41,129 nt of DNA. It comes from a virus (taxonomy: Duplodnaviria; Caudoviricetes). This document shows, piece by piece, positions 26,878-35,331 of the stretch. The position numbers were made by a program, and so were the translations under genes. The notes under the pieces were generated by a model. The model did no database searches. It saw only the letters and a program-made list of their open reading frames with translations, and was not told the DNA's origin. The stretch covers positions 1 to 41,129 of IMG/VR virus record IMGVR_UViG_3300048574_000241; one strand, 5' to 3'. Within the stretch, counting starts at the first letter, position 1; every line of letters begins with the position of its first letter.

Positions 26878-27095
26878 TTCGCAGCGCTCCAGCAGCCGGC
26901 CTTCTCGCCGAATTCGTTGTGGGCGAGAATGCCGGCCGCCGCGATCAGGTCGCGGCTGGCGATGTAATCCACCGTCGACGGCTTCATGCGGATCGGCTCC
27001 CAGCCGTCACAGCTATTCGCCGTCACCGTCGCGCACCCGCCAGCGAGACAGGCGACGGCGCACAGCGTCATCGTCAAGGCCGCGAACTTCATCAT
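26874..27095 (-). CDS. Outer-membrane spanin-like lipoprotein
   Basis: Signal peptide and lipobox LAGGC; CDGWEPI...ILAHN...C; overlaps the upstream gene in another frame. Confidence 0.75.
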   Translation of the reverse strand: MMKFAALTMTLCAVACLAGGCATVTANSCDGWEPIRMKPSTVDYIASRDLIAAAGILAHNEFGEKAGCWSAAK

Positions 27096-27282
27096 TGGTC
27101 TTTGCTCTTTCTCGCAGGTTGTGCAGCGATTGCTGGTTTTGCTTGGCGCGCTCGGCATCCTTGCCGGCGCTGAAGACTTTGAGGACCGCGATGCAGATCG
27201 CGGCCAGAAGACCGAGCGCGGCCAGGATCGCCTGACCGGCCCGCGACGTGGTGAACCACAGGACGATGCGCGCCCACATCAT
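27013..27282 (-). CDS. Inner-membrane spanin-like protein
   Basis: N-terminal TM helix then a charged helical region (...LDDDAVRRRLSRW); follows the endolysin. Confidence 0.7.
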   Translation of the reverse strand: MMWARIVLWFTTSRAGQAILAALGLLAAICIAVLKVFSAGKDAERAKQNQQSLHNLRERAKTNDEVRGLDDDAVRRRLSRWRVRDGDGE

Positions 27283-28163
27283 GCCGGCTGACCTTCCGGC
27301 ACCTCGGCCAGCACGTCGCCGTCGATCGCGCGCTGGGCCAGCCGCGACTTGCGGTTCGACCAGAACCCGTAGGCGACGCCGCCGACGGCGACGACGATGC
27401 CGGCGACGGTGAGAACGACGTAGACGGTGTTGACGAAGTTCGAGGTGCCGACCAGCGCGGCGAGTTGCTCGCGCGTGCCCGAGATCAGGCCCGACAGGCT
27501 TGCGCCGCCCACCGCCGAGGTGCCGGCCTGGTGAGCGTCGAACATCGGCTGCGCGACGTCGCTGGCGTAGCCCTTGGCGTCGCCCTGCTGCCGGTGCGCC
27601 TCGACCGGAGCCGGGCCGACCGAGCCGATAGCCCACGCCTGGGCGATGGCCTTGACGTTGCCGACCCGCGCCGACCAGCCGCGGCCGAAGTCGGACCATG
27701 TCTTGAGGCTTTTGAGCATGCCCATGCGCCGCGCCGCCATGTCGGCGATCAGCAGGTCATGATCGTCGCACAGCGCCAGCGCGGCCAAGGTGCTTTCGCC
27801 GAGGTGGCCGTCAACCTCGACATTGCCGAGCGCGCGCTGCAGCCATTTCACCGCCTGGAACGGACCGGAGTTCACCGCGCAGTCAAACACGAACAGGTCG
27901 ACGCCGGCGGGCAGTTCGTCGCCGCGGATGGCGTTCCAGTACTGCTTGCGGTAGATGGCGTCGCGCTCGGTGATCCATGACGACGTGCCGCGCATCGCGG
28001 CGGTGAGCGCCTTGCGCGGCAGTCCGTTGCGCTCGCGATAGCCGTCATAGACGCGCTGGATGATGCCCTCCAGCGTGCGGCCGCCGGGGTCGCGCGGATG
28101 ATCGGAAAAGCCGCCCTCATAGCGCAGGATGACTGGCATGCACGCCGGCAGGTTGCCCTTCAT
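27279..28163 (-). CDS. Endolysin, glycoside hydrolase family 108, with C-terminal hydrophobic segments
   Basis: EGGFSDHPRDPGG.T..GI, LPAGVDLFVFD.AVNSG, LQRALG..VDG..G..T, FGRGW..RV. Confidence 0.92.
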   Translation of the reverse strand: MKGNLPACMPVILRYEGGFSDHPRDPGGRTLEGIIQRVYDGYRERNGLPRKALTAAMRGTSSWITERDAIYRKQYWNAIRGDELPAGVDLFVFDCAVNSGPFQAVKWLQRALGNVEVDGHLGESTLAALALCDDHDLLIADMAARRMGMLKSLKTWSDFGRGWSARVGNVKAIAQAWAIGSVGPAPVEAHRQQGDAKGYASDVAQPMFDAHQAGTSAVGGASLSGLISGTREQLAALVGTSNFVNTVYVVLTVAGIVVAVGGVAYGFWSNRKSRLAQRAIDGDVLAEVPEGQPA

Positions 28164-28519
28164 GCCGCCACCTCGTCGGCCGCGGCGCGGGGCAGGCCCA
28201 GCACGTAGCGGCAACGCTCCTCGTTCTCCGCCAGCCGTTTGAACAGGAGATGCGCCTGCATGATCATGCGGGCGTCGGCCGCGAGCAGGCGCACCGAGCG
28301 GCTGACGCCCGGGCTCTCGGGGCTGAGCTCGGTGGCGGCAGCGTGAAGGGTGGTCAGCGCGAAGGCGCGTTCGCTGGCGGCCGAAAAAAGCGCGGCGGCG
28401 ATATCGCCGAAGCTGTCCGGCATGCCCTCGGCCTGCGCGGCGAGATTGTCGAGTGCCTGCGTTTCGCGCGACAACGTCGCGTCGATATCGACGAAGCCCG
28501 TAGCGGTGGCGATGATCAT
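28160..28519 (-). CDS. Hypothetical protein, first gene of the lysis operon
   Basis: 119-aa ORF; ATGA overlap with the endolysin start. Confidence 0.65.
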   Translation of the reverse strand: MIIATATGFVDIDATLSRETQALDNLAAQAEGMPDSFGDIAAALFSAASERAFALTTLHAAATELSPESPGVSRSVRLLAADARMIMQAHLLFKRLAENEERCRYVLGLPRAAADEVAA

Positions 28520-28574
28520 GAAAAACCCCGGTGCGACCCGGGGTTATTGTGCAATTCGGGATCGGACTTTGTGA

Positions 28575-28592
28575 CTCTGACGCACGTCAGAG
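28575..28592. promoter_or_regulatory. Palindromic late-activator-type box upstream of the lysis operon
   Basis: CTCTGAC-GCAC-GTCAGAG overlapping the activator gene stop; position equivalent to Mu Plys. Confidence 0.78.
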
Positions 28593-28991
28593 CAGCGAGC
28601 CCTGATCGTCCTCGCCGCCGCCGCGATGGGCGCGCCGGTGCCGGTGCACGGTGCGCTGGGTGACGCCGATGCGGCGGGAGATTTCCGCGCTCGATGCGCC
28701 GTCGTTGTGCAGATCGTGCACGCGCTTGGCGATCGAGCGGCGCAGAGTCGGGTAGGCCCCGCCGCCGTAGAGCGGAATGTAGATGCGCGCCCCGATGCCG
28801 TCGACCGCGAAATGCGCGCAGATCCGGTCGGCGGCGCGGCGGCCGACGCAATCGACCAGCCAGTGGCCGTCGTCGACTTTTGCCGGGATGTAGACGTAGC
28901 AACCGCCCTGACGCGCCGCGATCATGACGGCGGCGGCCTCGCCGGCCGCCTCCGCGATCTCCGCCAGCGCCTCGGGCAGGTGGTGCGTCAT
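28587..28991 (-). CDS. Mor/C-like late transcription activator
   Basis: LP..LAEIA..AG..AA......GG..VYIP and C-terminal HTH (SSAEISRRIGVTQRTV); last early gene before the lysis operon. Confidence 0.85.
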   Translation of the reverse strand: MTHHLPEALAEIAEAAGEAAAVMIAARQGGCYVYIPAKVDDGHWLVDCVGRRAADRICAHFAVDGIGARIYIPLYGGGAYPTLRRSIAKRVHDLHNDGASSAEISRRIGVTQRTVHRHRRAHRGGGEDDQGSLL

Positions 28992-29218
28992 GCCAGCGCC
29001 AGCCCCCGCACGGTGCAGGTCACGGTCGAGATGACCGAACCACGGTTGCGCCACACCACCCGCGCGGTGATGCTGCCGTCGCCGCAGCGAAACAGCCGCG
29101 CGCCCGAGACCACGTATCCGTCGCTGGTCCACAACACGTGCTGGCGGCGGATGGTTTCGCTCGCCGCGAGAAGCTGCTCGAAACCGATGACGATGCGGCG
29201 CGACTTGCGGCGGGTCAC
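28988..29218 (-). CDS. Hypothetical protein
   Basis: 4-nt overlaps with both neighbours. Confidence 0.6.
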   Translation of the reverse strand: MTRRKSRRIVIGFEQLLAASETIRRQHVLWTSDGYVVSGARLFRCGDGSITARVVWRNRGSVISTVTCTVRGLALA

Positions 29219-29553
29219 AGGCCGACCTCCCGCAAAAAGCCGTCGAGGCCGAGCGGCGCTTCGGGCGTCTTGAAACAGGCTTCAATTCGCCGCCAGATGT
29301 CGTCGTGGCGTTTGATCTGCAGGTTTCCGATCCTCTGGACGGTGTCCACACTGATCGATCTCTCGCGGATGCGGCGATCGACCAACCGGCGCATCCGCCG
29401 GTCGTGCGCCTTGAACCGCTTCCATTCGTCGCGAAGCGGCACCGGAAGCAACCGCCAGCACTTGCCGCAGACGATGCGATCGGAGTTGCCGTCGGCGGCT
29501 GCCGTCCGTCGGCAAGCCGGATTGAGGCAGGGAATGCGACCGGGGAACGTCAT
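29215..29553 (-). CDS. Hypothetical protein with C-x4-C...CxxCW motif
   Basis: RIPCLNPACRRT...IVCGKCW; translationally coupled on both sides. Confidence 0.7.
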   Translation of the reverse strand: MTFPGRIPCLNPACRRTAAADGNSDRIVCGKCWRLLPVPLRDEWKRFKAHDRRMRRLVDRRIRERSISVDTVQRIGNLQIKRHDDIWRRIEACFKTPEAPLGLDGFLREVGL

Positions 29554-29909
29554 ACGTCCGTATCCTCAAGATCAGCCGCCGATAGGGCGGACCACAGCCG
29601 ATCCTCAATTCGCTTGGCTGCGTCATAGTTACGATCTGCGGCAGCGCGCGCATCTTTCGCGTCGATCCACTTGAGGTGGAGTTCGGCTCGCTGACGGTCC
29701 GCTGACGCGCTCATATAGGCGTCGAAAGCGCTTTGTTCGGCTCGAATCATCCCGATCAGTCTTTCGGAGAGAGCTTCAACTCGTCTTCCGGCGGCACTCC
29801 ATTTGATCGAGAGAAAGGTGCGCTGCGAGCACCGCAGCCCGCTCCGCTTAACCAGGTCGATCAATTCGGCGCGGGAGAGATCATCAAGCGTGATCGAGGC
29901 CGGCTTCAT
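29550..29909 (-). CDS. Hypothetical protein
   Basis: GGAGG upstream; ATGA overlaps on both sides. Confidence 0.7.
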   Translation of the reverse strand: MKPASITLDDLSRAELIDLVKRSGLRCSQRTFLSIKWSAAGRRVEALSERLIGMIRAEQSAFDAYMSASADRQRAELHLKWIDAKDARAAADRNYDAAKRIEDRLWSALSAADLEDTDV

Positions 29910-30274
29910 CGCTCACCTCCAATATCCGCGATCGCCGTTTCGAGATCAGCCTGACCGGTGTCCTGTTCCTTCAGCTTGATCGCGGCGAGGATGCCGCCGA
30001 CGCGGGCGATCTCCTTGCGCACTTGCTCGACCTCGACCTCCAGCGACGTCTTCAACCGCCGCTGACGATCGATGGTCCACATCAGTTCGTCGAGTTCTGC
30101 GCGCAGGCTCGCCAGCGTCTTGCCGGCGAGCTCGGCGTCACACCACAAGTCCAGCTCACGGCGGACCGCGCTCGGGTCTTCCCCGTCACTGACGGCTGCC
30201 TCGACCTCGACGGCTCTGTTCGAAAAACCCGGCTCCGAGATCAGCTTGCGCACGCGCACATGGGTGATGTTCAT
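29906..30274 (-). CDS. Hypothetical coiled-coil protein
   Basis: Start MNITHVRV at an ATGA overlap. Confidence 0.7.
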   Translation of the reverse strand: MNITHVRVRKLISEPGFSNRAVEVEAAVSDGEDPSAVRRELDLWCDAELAGKTLASLRAELDELMWTIDRQRRLKTSLEVEVEQVRKEIARVGGILAAIKLKEQDTGQADLETAIADIGGER

Positions 30275-30432
30275 GCCACGTCCCTCACCATGTCGCGGAA
30301 GTTCGCGACCCACCGCGCCACCAGCCATTCCGGCAGGTCGAGGCGTTCGGCGATCGATTGCGTGTCGAACTTTGCGTTCCAGAAGCGGATGACGTCGGCG
30401 TATTTGCGAAGGTCGGCGCGGGAGACGGTCAT
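30271..30432 (-). CDS. Small HTH-like protein
   Basis: FDTQSIAERLDLPEWLVARW; coupled to the gcrA-like stop. Confidence 0.65.
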   Translation of the reverse strand: MTVSRADLRKYADVIRFWNAKFDTQSIAERLDLPEWLVARWVANFRDMVRDVA

Positions 30433-30926
30433 GCGCGAACTCCCTTGCCTTGCTGACTGGAACGATCCCACGCCCGCCTGTTTTGGCCGGCGCAGTAGGG
30501 CGTGCCGAACATGCGCGCGCCACCGCAGAAGCCAAAGCCGGGCGCGCCGGGATCGCCCACCGGCCATTTGCAGTGATGGCTCAGCAGGCCGGCGAAGGTG
30601 ACGTTGGCGAAGTCCTGGCCCGCCGGCTTCAAGGCGTCGTCAACAGGACTTGCAGCCACGGGTTTGGCCGCGGCCGGGACGGGCTTGCGCCGCGGCGGCT
30701 TCGGACGCGGCAGTTTCGGGCGCGGCGGTTTCGCCGCTTCCGCCTTGCCGGCGAGGCGCAGCCCCATGCGGCCGACGATGCCGATCACCGCGTTGCGGGT
30801 GACCGAGCGGCCGCTGGCGGTGAGGCGCTCGGCGATGACGCGAGCCGACAACTTCTCGCCGACGAGTTGCCGGACAAAGGCCTTCTCCTCGTGTGTCCAG
30901 GGCACGATGCCGAGGTCAGCGCGCAT
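30429..30926 (-). CDS. gcrA: GcrA-family cell-cycle regulator homolog
   Basis: WT.E...LSA..IA..L...VTRNAVIG...R, a Pro/Lys linker, and CKWPVGDP....F.FCG......PYC. Confidence 0.88.
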   Translation of the reverse strand: MRADLGIVPWTHEEKAFVRQLVGEKLSARVIAERLTASGRSVTRNAVIGIVGRMGLRLAGKAEAAKPPRPKLPRPKPPRRKPVPAAAKPVAASPVDDALKPAGQDFANVTFAGLLSHHCKWPVGDPGAPGFGFCGGARMFGTPYCAGQNRRAWDRSSQQGKGVRA

Positions 30927-31593
30927 GACCGGCCTCCCTGCGGCGGGTCTGGAGCGCGGCGCGGATTCCACGGCCGAGGGCGCGCTGCACGTCGTCGTAG
31001 TGATGCGATTCCAGCTCGCCAAAGGTGAGGCCGTCGGTGAGCCCGGAGACCAGCATCGCGAGATCGGCCAGCGGCTTGCGGCCGCCGAGATCGAGCAGCC
31101 GCTGCCATTGCGCCTCGATCACGGCGCGCTTGATGTCGAGAATGTCGGCCTCGGCCCCGCGCGGCTTCAGCGGCCAATTCACGCCGCCGTCGCGGCGCAG
31201 CCACACCTTGAGCGCCTCGATCGCGCTGGTGGCATCCGACGGGCTCGCCAGAAACCGGGTGTGTGACACGCCGGTCTGCCGCTCCAGAAACGCCAGCATC
31301 GCCCGGTCGGTGCGATCGTGGATCAGGCCGAGGTTGTAGCCGGTGAGCCACAGCGCCTGCATCTTCTTCGCCACCGAGCTGTCGAGCCCGGTGACCGCGC
31401 CGTCCGGACGGCGATCGCCAGCGGAGGCGCGCAGCCGCTCGATGACCCGGCCCGCCTGGGTGAAGGACAGCGCCTTGGCGGAGCGCACCCCCGCCTCGCG
31501 CTGCAGCAGGTCGCGATAGGTGTCGTCGTCGAGGCCGGCGCGCGAGGCCAGCGTGCGGATGGCGGTGATCTGTTGCGGGGAGACGGCGATCAT
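30916..31593 (-). CDS. gemA: GemA (Mu gp16, DUF1018) family protein
   Basis: GLDDDTYR.LL....G..SAK.L, K..ALW, IEALK.W..R. Confidence 0.9.
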   Translation of the reverse strand: MIAVSPQQITAIRTLASRAGLDDDTYRDLLQREAGVRSAKALSFTQAGRVIERLRASAGDRRPDGAVTGLDSSVAKKMQALWLTGYNLGLIHDRTDRAMLAFLERQTGVSHTRFLASPSDATSAIEALKVWLRRDGGVNWPLKPRGAEADILDIKRAVIEAQWQRLLDLGGRKPLADLAMLVSGLTDGLTFGELESHHYDDVQRALGRGIRAALQTRRREAGHAR

Positions 31594-32072
31594 GACCGCA
31601 CCTCCGACAGCCGGTCGCCGGCCAGCTTTTCCTCGGCACCGAGCGGCTGCACGATGCCCATGCCGATCATGGCGTCGGCAAGCCGGTGCAGCGCCGCGTG
31701 GTCAAAGTCAGCTTCGCGGTTGGCGGGCGACGGCGCGGACACCACCAGATAGACGCCGCGCTCCAGGTCCTCACACACGATCTCCTGATGATCGAGGCTG
31801 CCGGCGCGAAACACGAACCTGTTTCGGATGCGGACGTCGAAGGCGGACTCCATTTCGACGGTCACGGACAGCGTGCCCGAGCGGAGGCGCGCGGCCGGCT
31901 CCATCGTCCATGTCCATTCCGCCGCGATCCAGCGGCTGACGAGGTCGCGGATTTCCGCGTCGCGGGCGTCGCCGCCGAGGGCGGCCATGTCGAGCACGCC
32001 GAGCGGCGCAGAGGCCGCGCCGGGCGCGATGGTGACGGTGTCGAGGTCCAGGGGAGGCAAAGGCGTCTGCAT
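31590..32072 (-). CDS. Hypothetical protein
   Basis: AAGGAG upstream; ATGA overlap with gemA. Confidence 0.7.
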   Translation of the reverse strand: MQTPLPPLDLDTVTIAPGAASAPLGVLDMAALGGDARDAEIRDLVSRWIAAEWTWTMEPAARLRSGTLSVTVEMESAFDVRIRNRFVFRAGSLDHQEIVCEDLERGVYLVVSAPSPANREADFDHAALHRLADAMIGMGIVQPLGAEEKLAGDRLSEVRS

Positions 32073-32084
32073 GGTGCGTCTCCT

Positions 32085-32714
32085 TCAGGCGGCGGCGAGG
32101 TCGATGGTGATGGCGATCCACGGCGCGTTGCAGTCCGCACGGCGGTAGAAGCGGACGTATTGCTTGGAGCCGATGATGCGGATGGCGTCGCCCAGCGCGT
32201 TCATGGCGGCGCGCCAGTGATCGTCGTCGATCTCGAGGCGGCGGAGCTGAAACAGCGCGGCGCGGTTGATGCGGCCTTCCTTGTCGACCTGGAAGGCGTG
32301 CTCGACGAGCGCGCGGATTTCGACGCGCGCGCCGTCCGACCACGCGGTGATGCATTCGTCGACCAGTTGCTTGGCCACCTGCAGCTCGGGGCCGAACGTC
32401 ATCTGATCCTGGACCTGTACCGTGACCTTGAGCAGGCCGTCATAGCTGGTGAGGGTGATGTTGCCCTTCTTGCCGCCGAGGCGCGCGCCGTATTGCTGCG
32501 CGAGCAGCTCGCCGAAGCAGGTGACGTCGTCGAAGACGTGGCCGCGGAAGCGGCTGATCTGATCGGACAACGTCTGCGCGAAGCCGATGATCTTGCGCAC
32601 CGTCTGATCTTCAAGCAGGTGCTGCGGCTTGATCAGGCTCACCGGCACGAGGCTGCCCTTGGCGTCGTGCATGTATGCCTCGCCGTTGATGGTGATGGTG
32701 GCGTCGTCAGTCAT
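32085..32714 (-). CDS. DUF3164 family protein
   Basis: DAKGSLVP...IKP, GGKKGNITLTSYDG, FGPELQVAK.LVDEC, GSKQYVRFY. Confidence 0.92.
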   Translation of the reverse strand: MTDDATITINGEAYMHDAKGSLVPVSLIKPQHLLEDQTVRKIIGFAQTLSDQISRFRGHVFDDVTCFGELLAQQYGARLGGKKGNITLTSYDGLLKVTVQVQDQMTFGPELQVAKQLVDECITAWSDGARVEIRALVEHAFQVDKEGRINRAALFQLRRLEIDDDHWRAAMNALGDAIRIIGSKQYVRFYRRADCNAPWIAITIDLAAA

Positions 32715-33310
32715 GCGTGGTCTCCATGTCGGGGGCTGGTTTCGTCGCCGGCCGCGTAGCCGAGCGCGGCGAGCGTGGTGAGGATGTCCTGCAGATGCTC
32801 GGCGTGGCGGGCGCGCTCGCTGGCCGAGAGGCACTCCAGCAACTGGAACGTGCTGGCGGCCACGTCTTCGAGGGTCAGGAGCCGCGCCGCCATGGCGGCG
32901 GATTCGAGCGCCGACACCCGCAGCGCTTCGCGGATCGGGTTGTCGGTGATGCGATGTGCGATCGCGACCGCATCGGGATCGGCGAGCAGCCGGGCGAGGC
33001 TGCTCGATGCGATCATGAGGGCCGCCTGCCGCGCGGCCCCGACCTTGAGGGCGTATTCGGGATCGGTGGCGAGGCGCGCGCGCGCCTCGTTGATGTGGTG
33101 CAACACCGTGGTGTGATCGCAGCCCGCGAGCGTCCGACCGATCACCACAAGCGTCTGCTCCGTCAGTTCCCGGGCCAGCAGGCAGGCGGCCTGCCGCGCC
33201 GCGATGAAGGCGGGCTGGCGGCGCGGCGCGCGGATGTTGCGAACCTCGATGTCAAAGGCGGCGGCGACGGCCTCGAGGACCGTCGAGACCGAGATGAATT
33301 CAGCCGCCAT
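32711..33310 (-). CDS. Protein with DnaA C-terminal (domain IV)-like HTH
   Basis: ARQAACLLARELT..TL..IGR.L.G.DHTTVLH closely mirrors the DnaA domain IV signature. Confidence 0.85.
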   Translation of the reverse strand: MAAEFISVSTVLEAVAAAFDIEVRNIRAPRRQPAFIAARQAACLLARELTEQTLVVIGRTLAGCDHTTVLHHINEARARLATDPEYALKVGAARQAALMIASSSLARLLADPDAVAIAHRITDNPIREALRVSALESAAMAARLLTLEDVAASTFQLLECLSASERARHAEHLQDILTTLAALGYAAGDETSPRHGDHA

Positions 33311-33524
33311 GACGCCGCTCCGGCAGGCGCACGACATTCGGCCCGAGCGGATCGACCAGCCGCACCGCCTGGGCGACGCAGGTGCGCTCCAGTTGCTGCG
33401 CCTTGTCGGTGCAGTCGTCGAGCACGGTGATGACAACGCGCAGGTTGTCGTCCGTGATCGGCAGATTGTGATCGCGGGCGTACTTCATCCAGGCTGTCAT
33501 GCTTTCGAGCTTGTGGGACAGCAT
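33300..33524 (-). CDS. Hypothetical protein
   Basis: AAGGAG upstream; MLSHKLESM...NVVRLP. Confidence 0.65.
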   Translation of the reverse strand: MLSHKLESMTAWMKYARDHNLPITDDNLRVVITVLDDCTDKAQQLERTCVAQAVRLVDPLGPNVVRLPERRHGG

Positions 33525-33526
33525 CT

Positions 33527-33925
33527 TCAATGCTCCTTGATGCGGGAATGCGGGCAGCCGGAACGGCAGGCGCGGTAGAGCTTCGAGCGCACCGAGCTGG
33601 TGGCGCTGCGCGGCTTCTTCTGTTCGTCGAGGCAGACGTTGCGACCGATCTCGCCGAGGATCGGACAGATGACGGTCGCGCCCATCAGCGCGCCGCGCAC
33701 TTTCGCTTCCACGCGGCCGATATCGCCCGAGTAGGTGGCGGCAAAGACATGGGAAAGCAGCGAGGACGAATAACCGATCTTCTTCGCCGCCAGCACCTGC
33801 GAGGTGTTGGTGGCCTCGACGGCCAGTTCCTCGACCCAGTCGGGCAGCGCGTCGCCATAGGCGGCGCGGGCCTTGGCCACAAAGTCGGTCTTGGTCTTCA
33901 AGCCGGGAGCGGGGCCGCGTTTCAT
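33527..33925 (-). CDS. HTH transcriptional regulator with C-terminal Cys motif
   Basis: SQ..AAKKIGYSSS.LS.V....Y.GD; CPILGEI...C...ACRSGCPH. Confidence 0.85.
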   Translation of the reverse strand: MKRGPAPGLKTKTDFVAKARAAYGDALPDWVEELAVEATNTSQVLAAKKIGYSSSLLSHVFAATYSGDIGRVEAKVRGALMGATVICPILGEIGRNVCLDEQKKPRSATSSVRSKLYRACRSGCPHSRIKEH

Positions 33926-34539
33926 GCGACCTCCTCGGCGTCGACGGTGTCGCCACCGACGAGCTTCATCAGATTGTCGTCGAACACGACATGCATCTTC
34001 AGGATTCGGGGAGAGCGCGGGCCTGTGTTCATCGACGGTTTCAGTCGGAAATCACTCCGCGACAAACCCGTGATGTAGCCTGCCATCCGAAGACGGTGGA
34101 CGTAGGCCTGCGCAACTCCGATCTTGACCGAAGTTCCTTTGTCATCGGCCGCCGCGTGAGCCAATTCGCTGAGCGTGAACTGTTTGAGCGATCGAATCGC
34201 GTTCCACATCCGCTGCTGCGCGTGGACGCCAACCACGCTGCCGTCTCTGCGCAGAGCGGGCGCGGCCGCCGGCCTTTTCAGCAGGCGGAAGAGTCTGGTT
34301 GGCGTCCCGCGGTGGTTTTGCAGAACCTCACCAACCTGTTTGACGAAGCCGGCGCGTTCAAGACGTTTGACGTAGTCGTTCACCGACTCCTTATGCGGCT
34401 CGTTTGTCAGCTCGTGCACATCGGGCACGGACCAAGGGCCCTTCTGGTCGAGGCCACGAATAACCGCCCAATATCCGTCTCGTCCGCGCGGCATGCGCGC
34501 GGACAGCCGGATGACTTCGAGGTAACCTTTCCGGGGCAT
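33922..34539 (-). CDS. Tandem winged-helix-like hypothetical protein
   Basis: Two similar units (YW..IR.L...YVKRLERAGF and MW.AIR.L...YV.RL..AGY); lies after MuB. Confidence 0.8.
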   Translation of the reverse strand: MPRKGYLEVIRLSARMPRGRDGYWAVIRGLDQKGPWSVPDVHELTNEPHKESVNDYVKRLERAGFVKQVGEVLQNHRGTPTRLFRLLKRPAAAPALRRDGSVVGVHAQQRMWNAIRSLKQFTLSELAHAAADDKGTSVKIGVAQAYVHRLRMAGYITGLSRSDFRLKPSMNTGPRSPRILKMHVVFDDNLMKLVGGDTVDAEEVA

Positions 34540-34541
34540 GA

Positions 34542-35318
34542 TCAGGCCGCCATCATCTTGGCGCGGCGATATGGCTCGACAGAGCGCGGCGAAGGCGGCT
34601 CACCGGTGAAGAACGGCCGCGAACCCCACTCTTTCAACCCGAACGATTTCGCCGCCTTGTTGCGTGCCGCCTCCGCGACCCGCGCGATGTTGACGACGAT
34701 GCGGCGCGCCCGGCCGCCTGACTGCGCGCGGATATGGTCGAGGATGTCATCGCCGAGCGTGAGGCCCGGCGCGAAAGCCGAAGCCAGCGCACGGGTGTCG
34801 TCGAGATCGCAGGGCTGCGCTGGCAGCCAGTCGAGGACGCGGTTGTGCAGCCGCTCGACCGTGAGGAGCTTGTTCGGCAGCTTTTCTTCGCCGATCAGGA
34901 TGACTGGCGCGCCGGAGTGCTCGTGCAGCTCGCGCACGATCTCGATCATGCCCTTGTCGACCAGCTTGTCGGCCTCGTCGATAATCAATGGCCGCGCCGA
35001 GTCGTCGCCCAGCGCCATGATCGCGCTTTCCGCGAGTTCGGCGATCGTGCCGCGCTTAACAGCAACGCCATGCTCGCGCAGGATCGCGGTCAGCAGCGTC
35101 TTGCGCGTCCAGCTATCGCCAACCTCGACGCGCAGCGCGCGCGTCCGGTTCTGCGCAAAGATGCTGGCGTAGGTTTTTCCGAAGCCACTGGGGCCATGGC
35201 ACACCGCGATGCCCGGCAGGTGCGGATCGCGCTCGATGAGGCGTGTGGCCATGGCCATGAAGGACGCAACATTCTTCAACGCAACCGGACCCTTGACAGC
35301 AGACATCTGCGACGTCAT
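34542..35318 (-). CDS. MuB-like AAA+ transposition ATPase (start 35318 or TTG 35324)
   Basis: Walker A GPSGFGKT, Walker B LIIDEAD; follows the transposase. Confidence 0.93.
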   Translation of the reverse strand: MTSQMSAVKGPVALKNVASFMAMATRLIERDPHLPGIAVCHGPSGFGKTYASIFAQNRTRALRVEVGDSWTRKTLLTAILREHGVAVKRGTIAELAESAIMALGDDSARPLIIDEADKLVDKGMIEIVRELHEHSGAPVILIGEEKLPNKLLTVERLHNRVLDWLPAQPCDLDDTRALASAFAPGLTLGDDILDHIRAQSGGRARRIVVNIARVAEAARNKAAKSFGLKEWGSRPFFTGEPPSPRSVEPYRRAKMMAA

Positions 35319-35331
35319 TTCCAAATCTCCT

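Noticed and set aside
32711-33310. True dnaA initiator gene
   Set aside because: No AAA+ domain; only the domain IV-like HTH is present.
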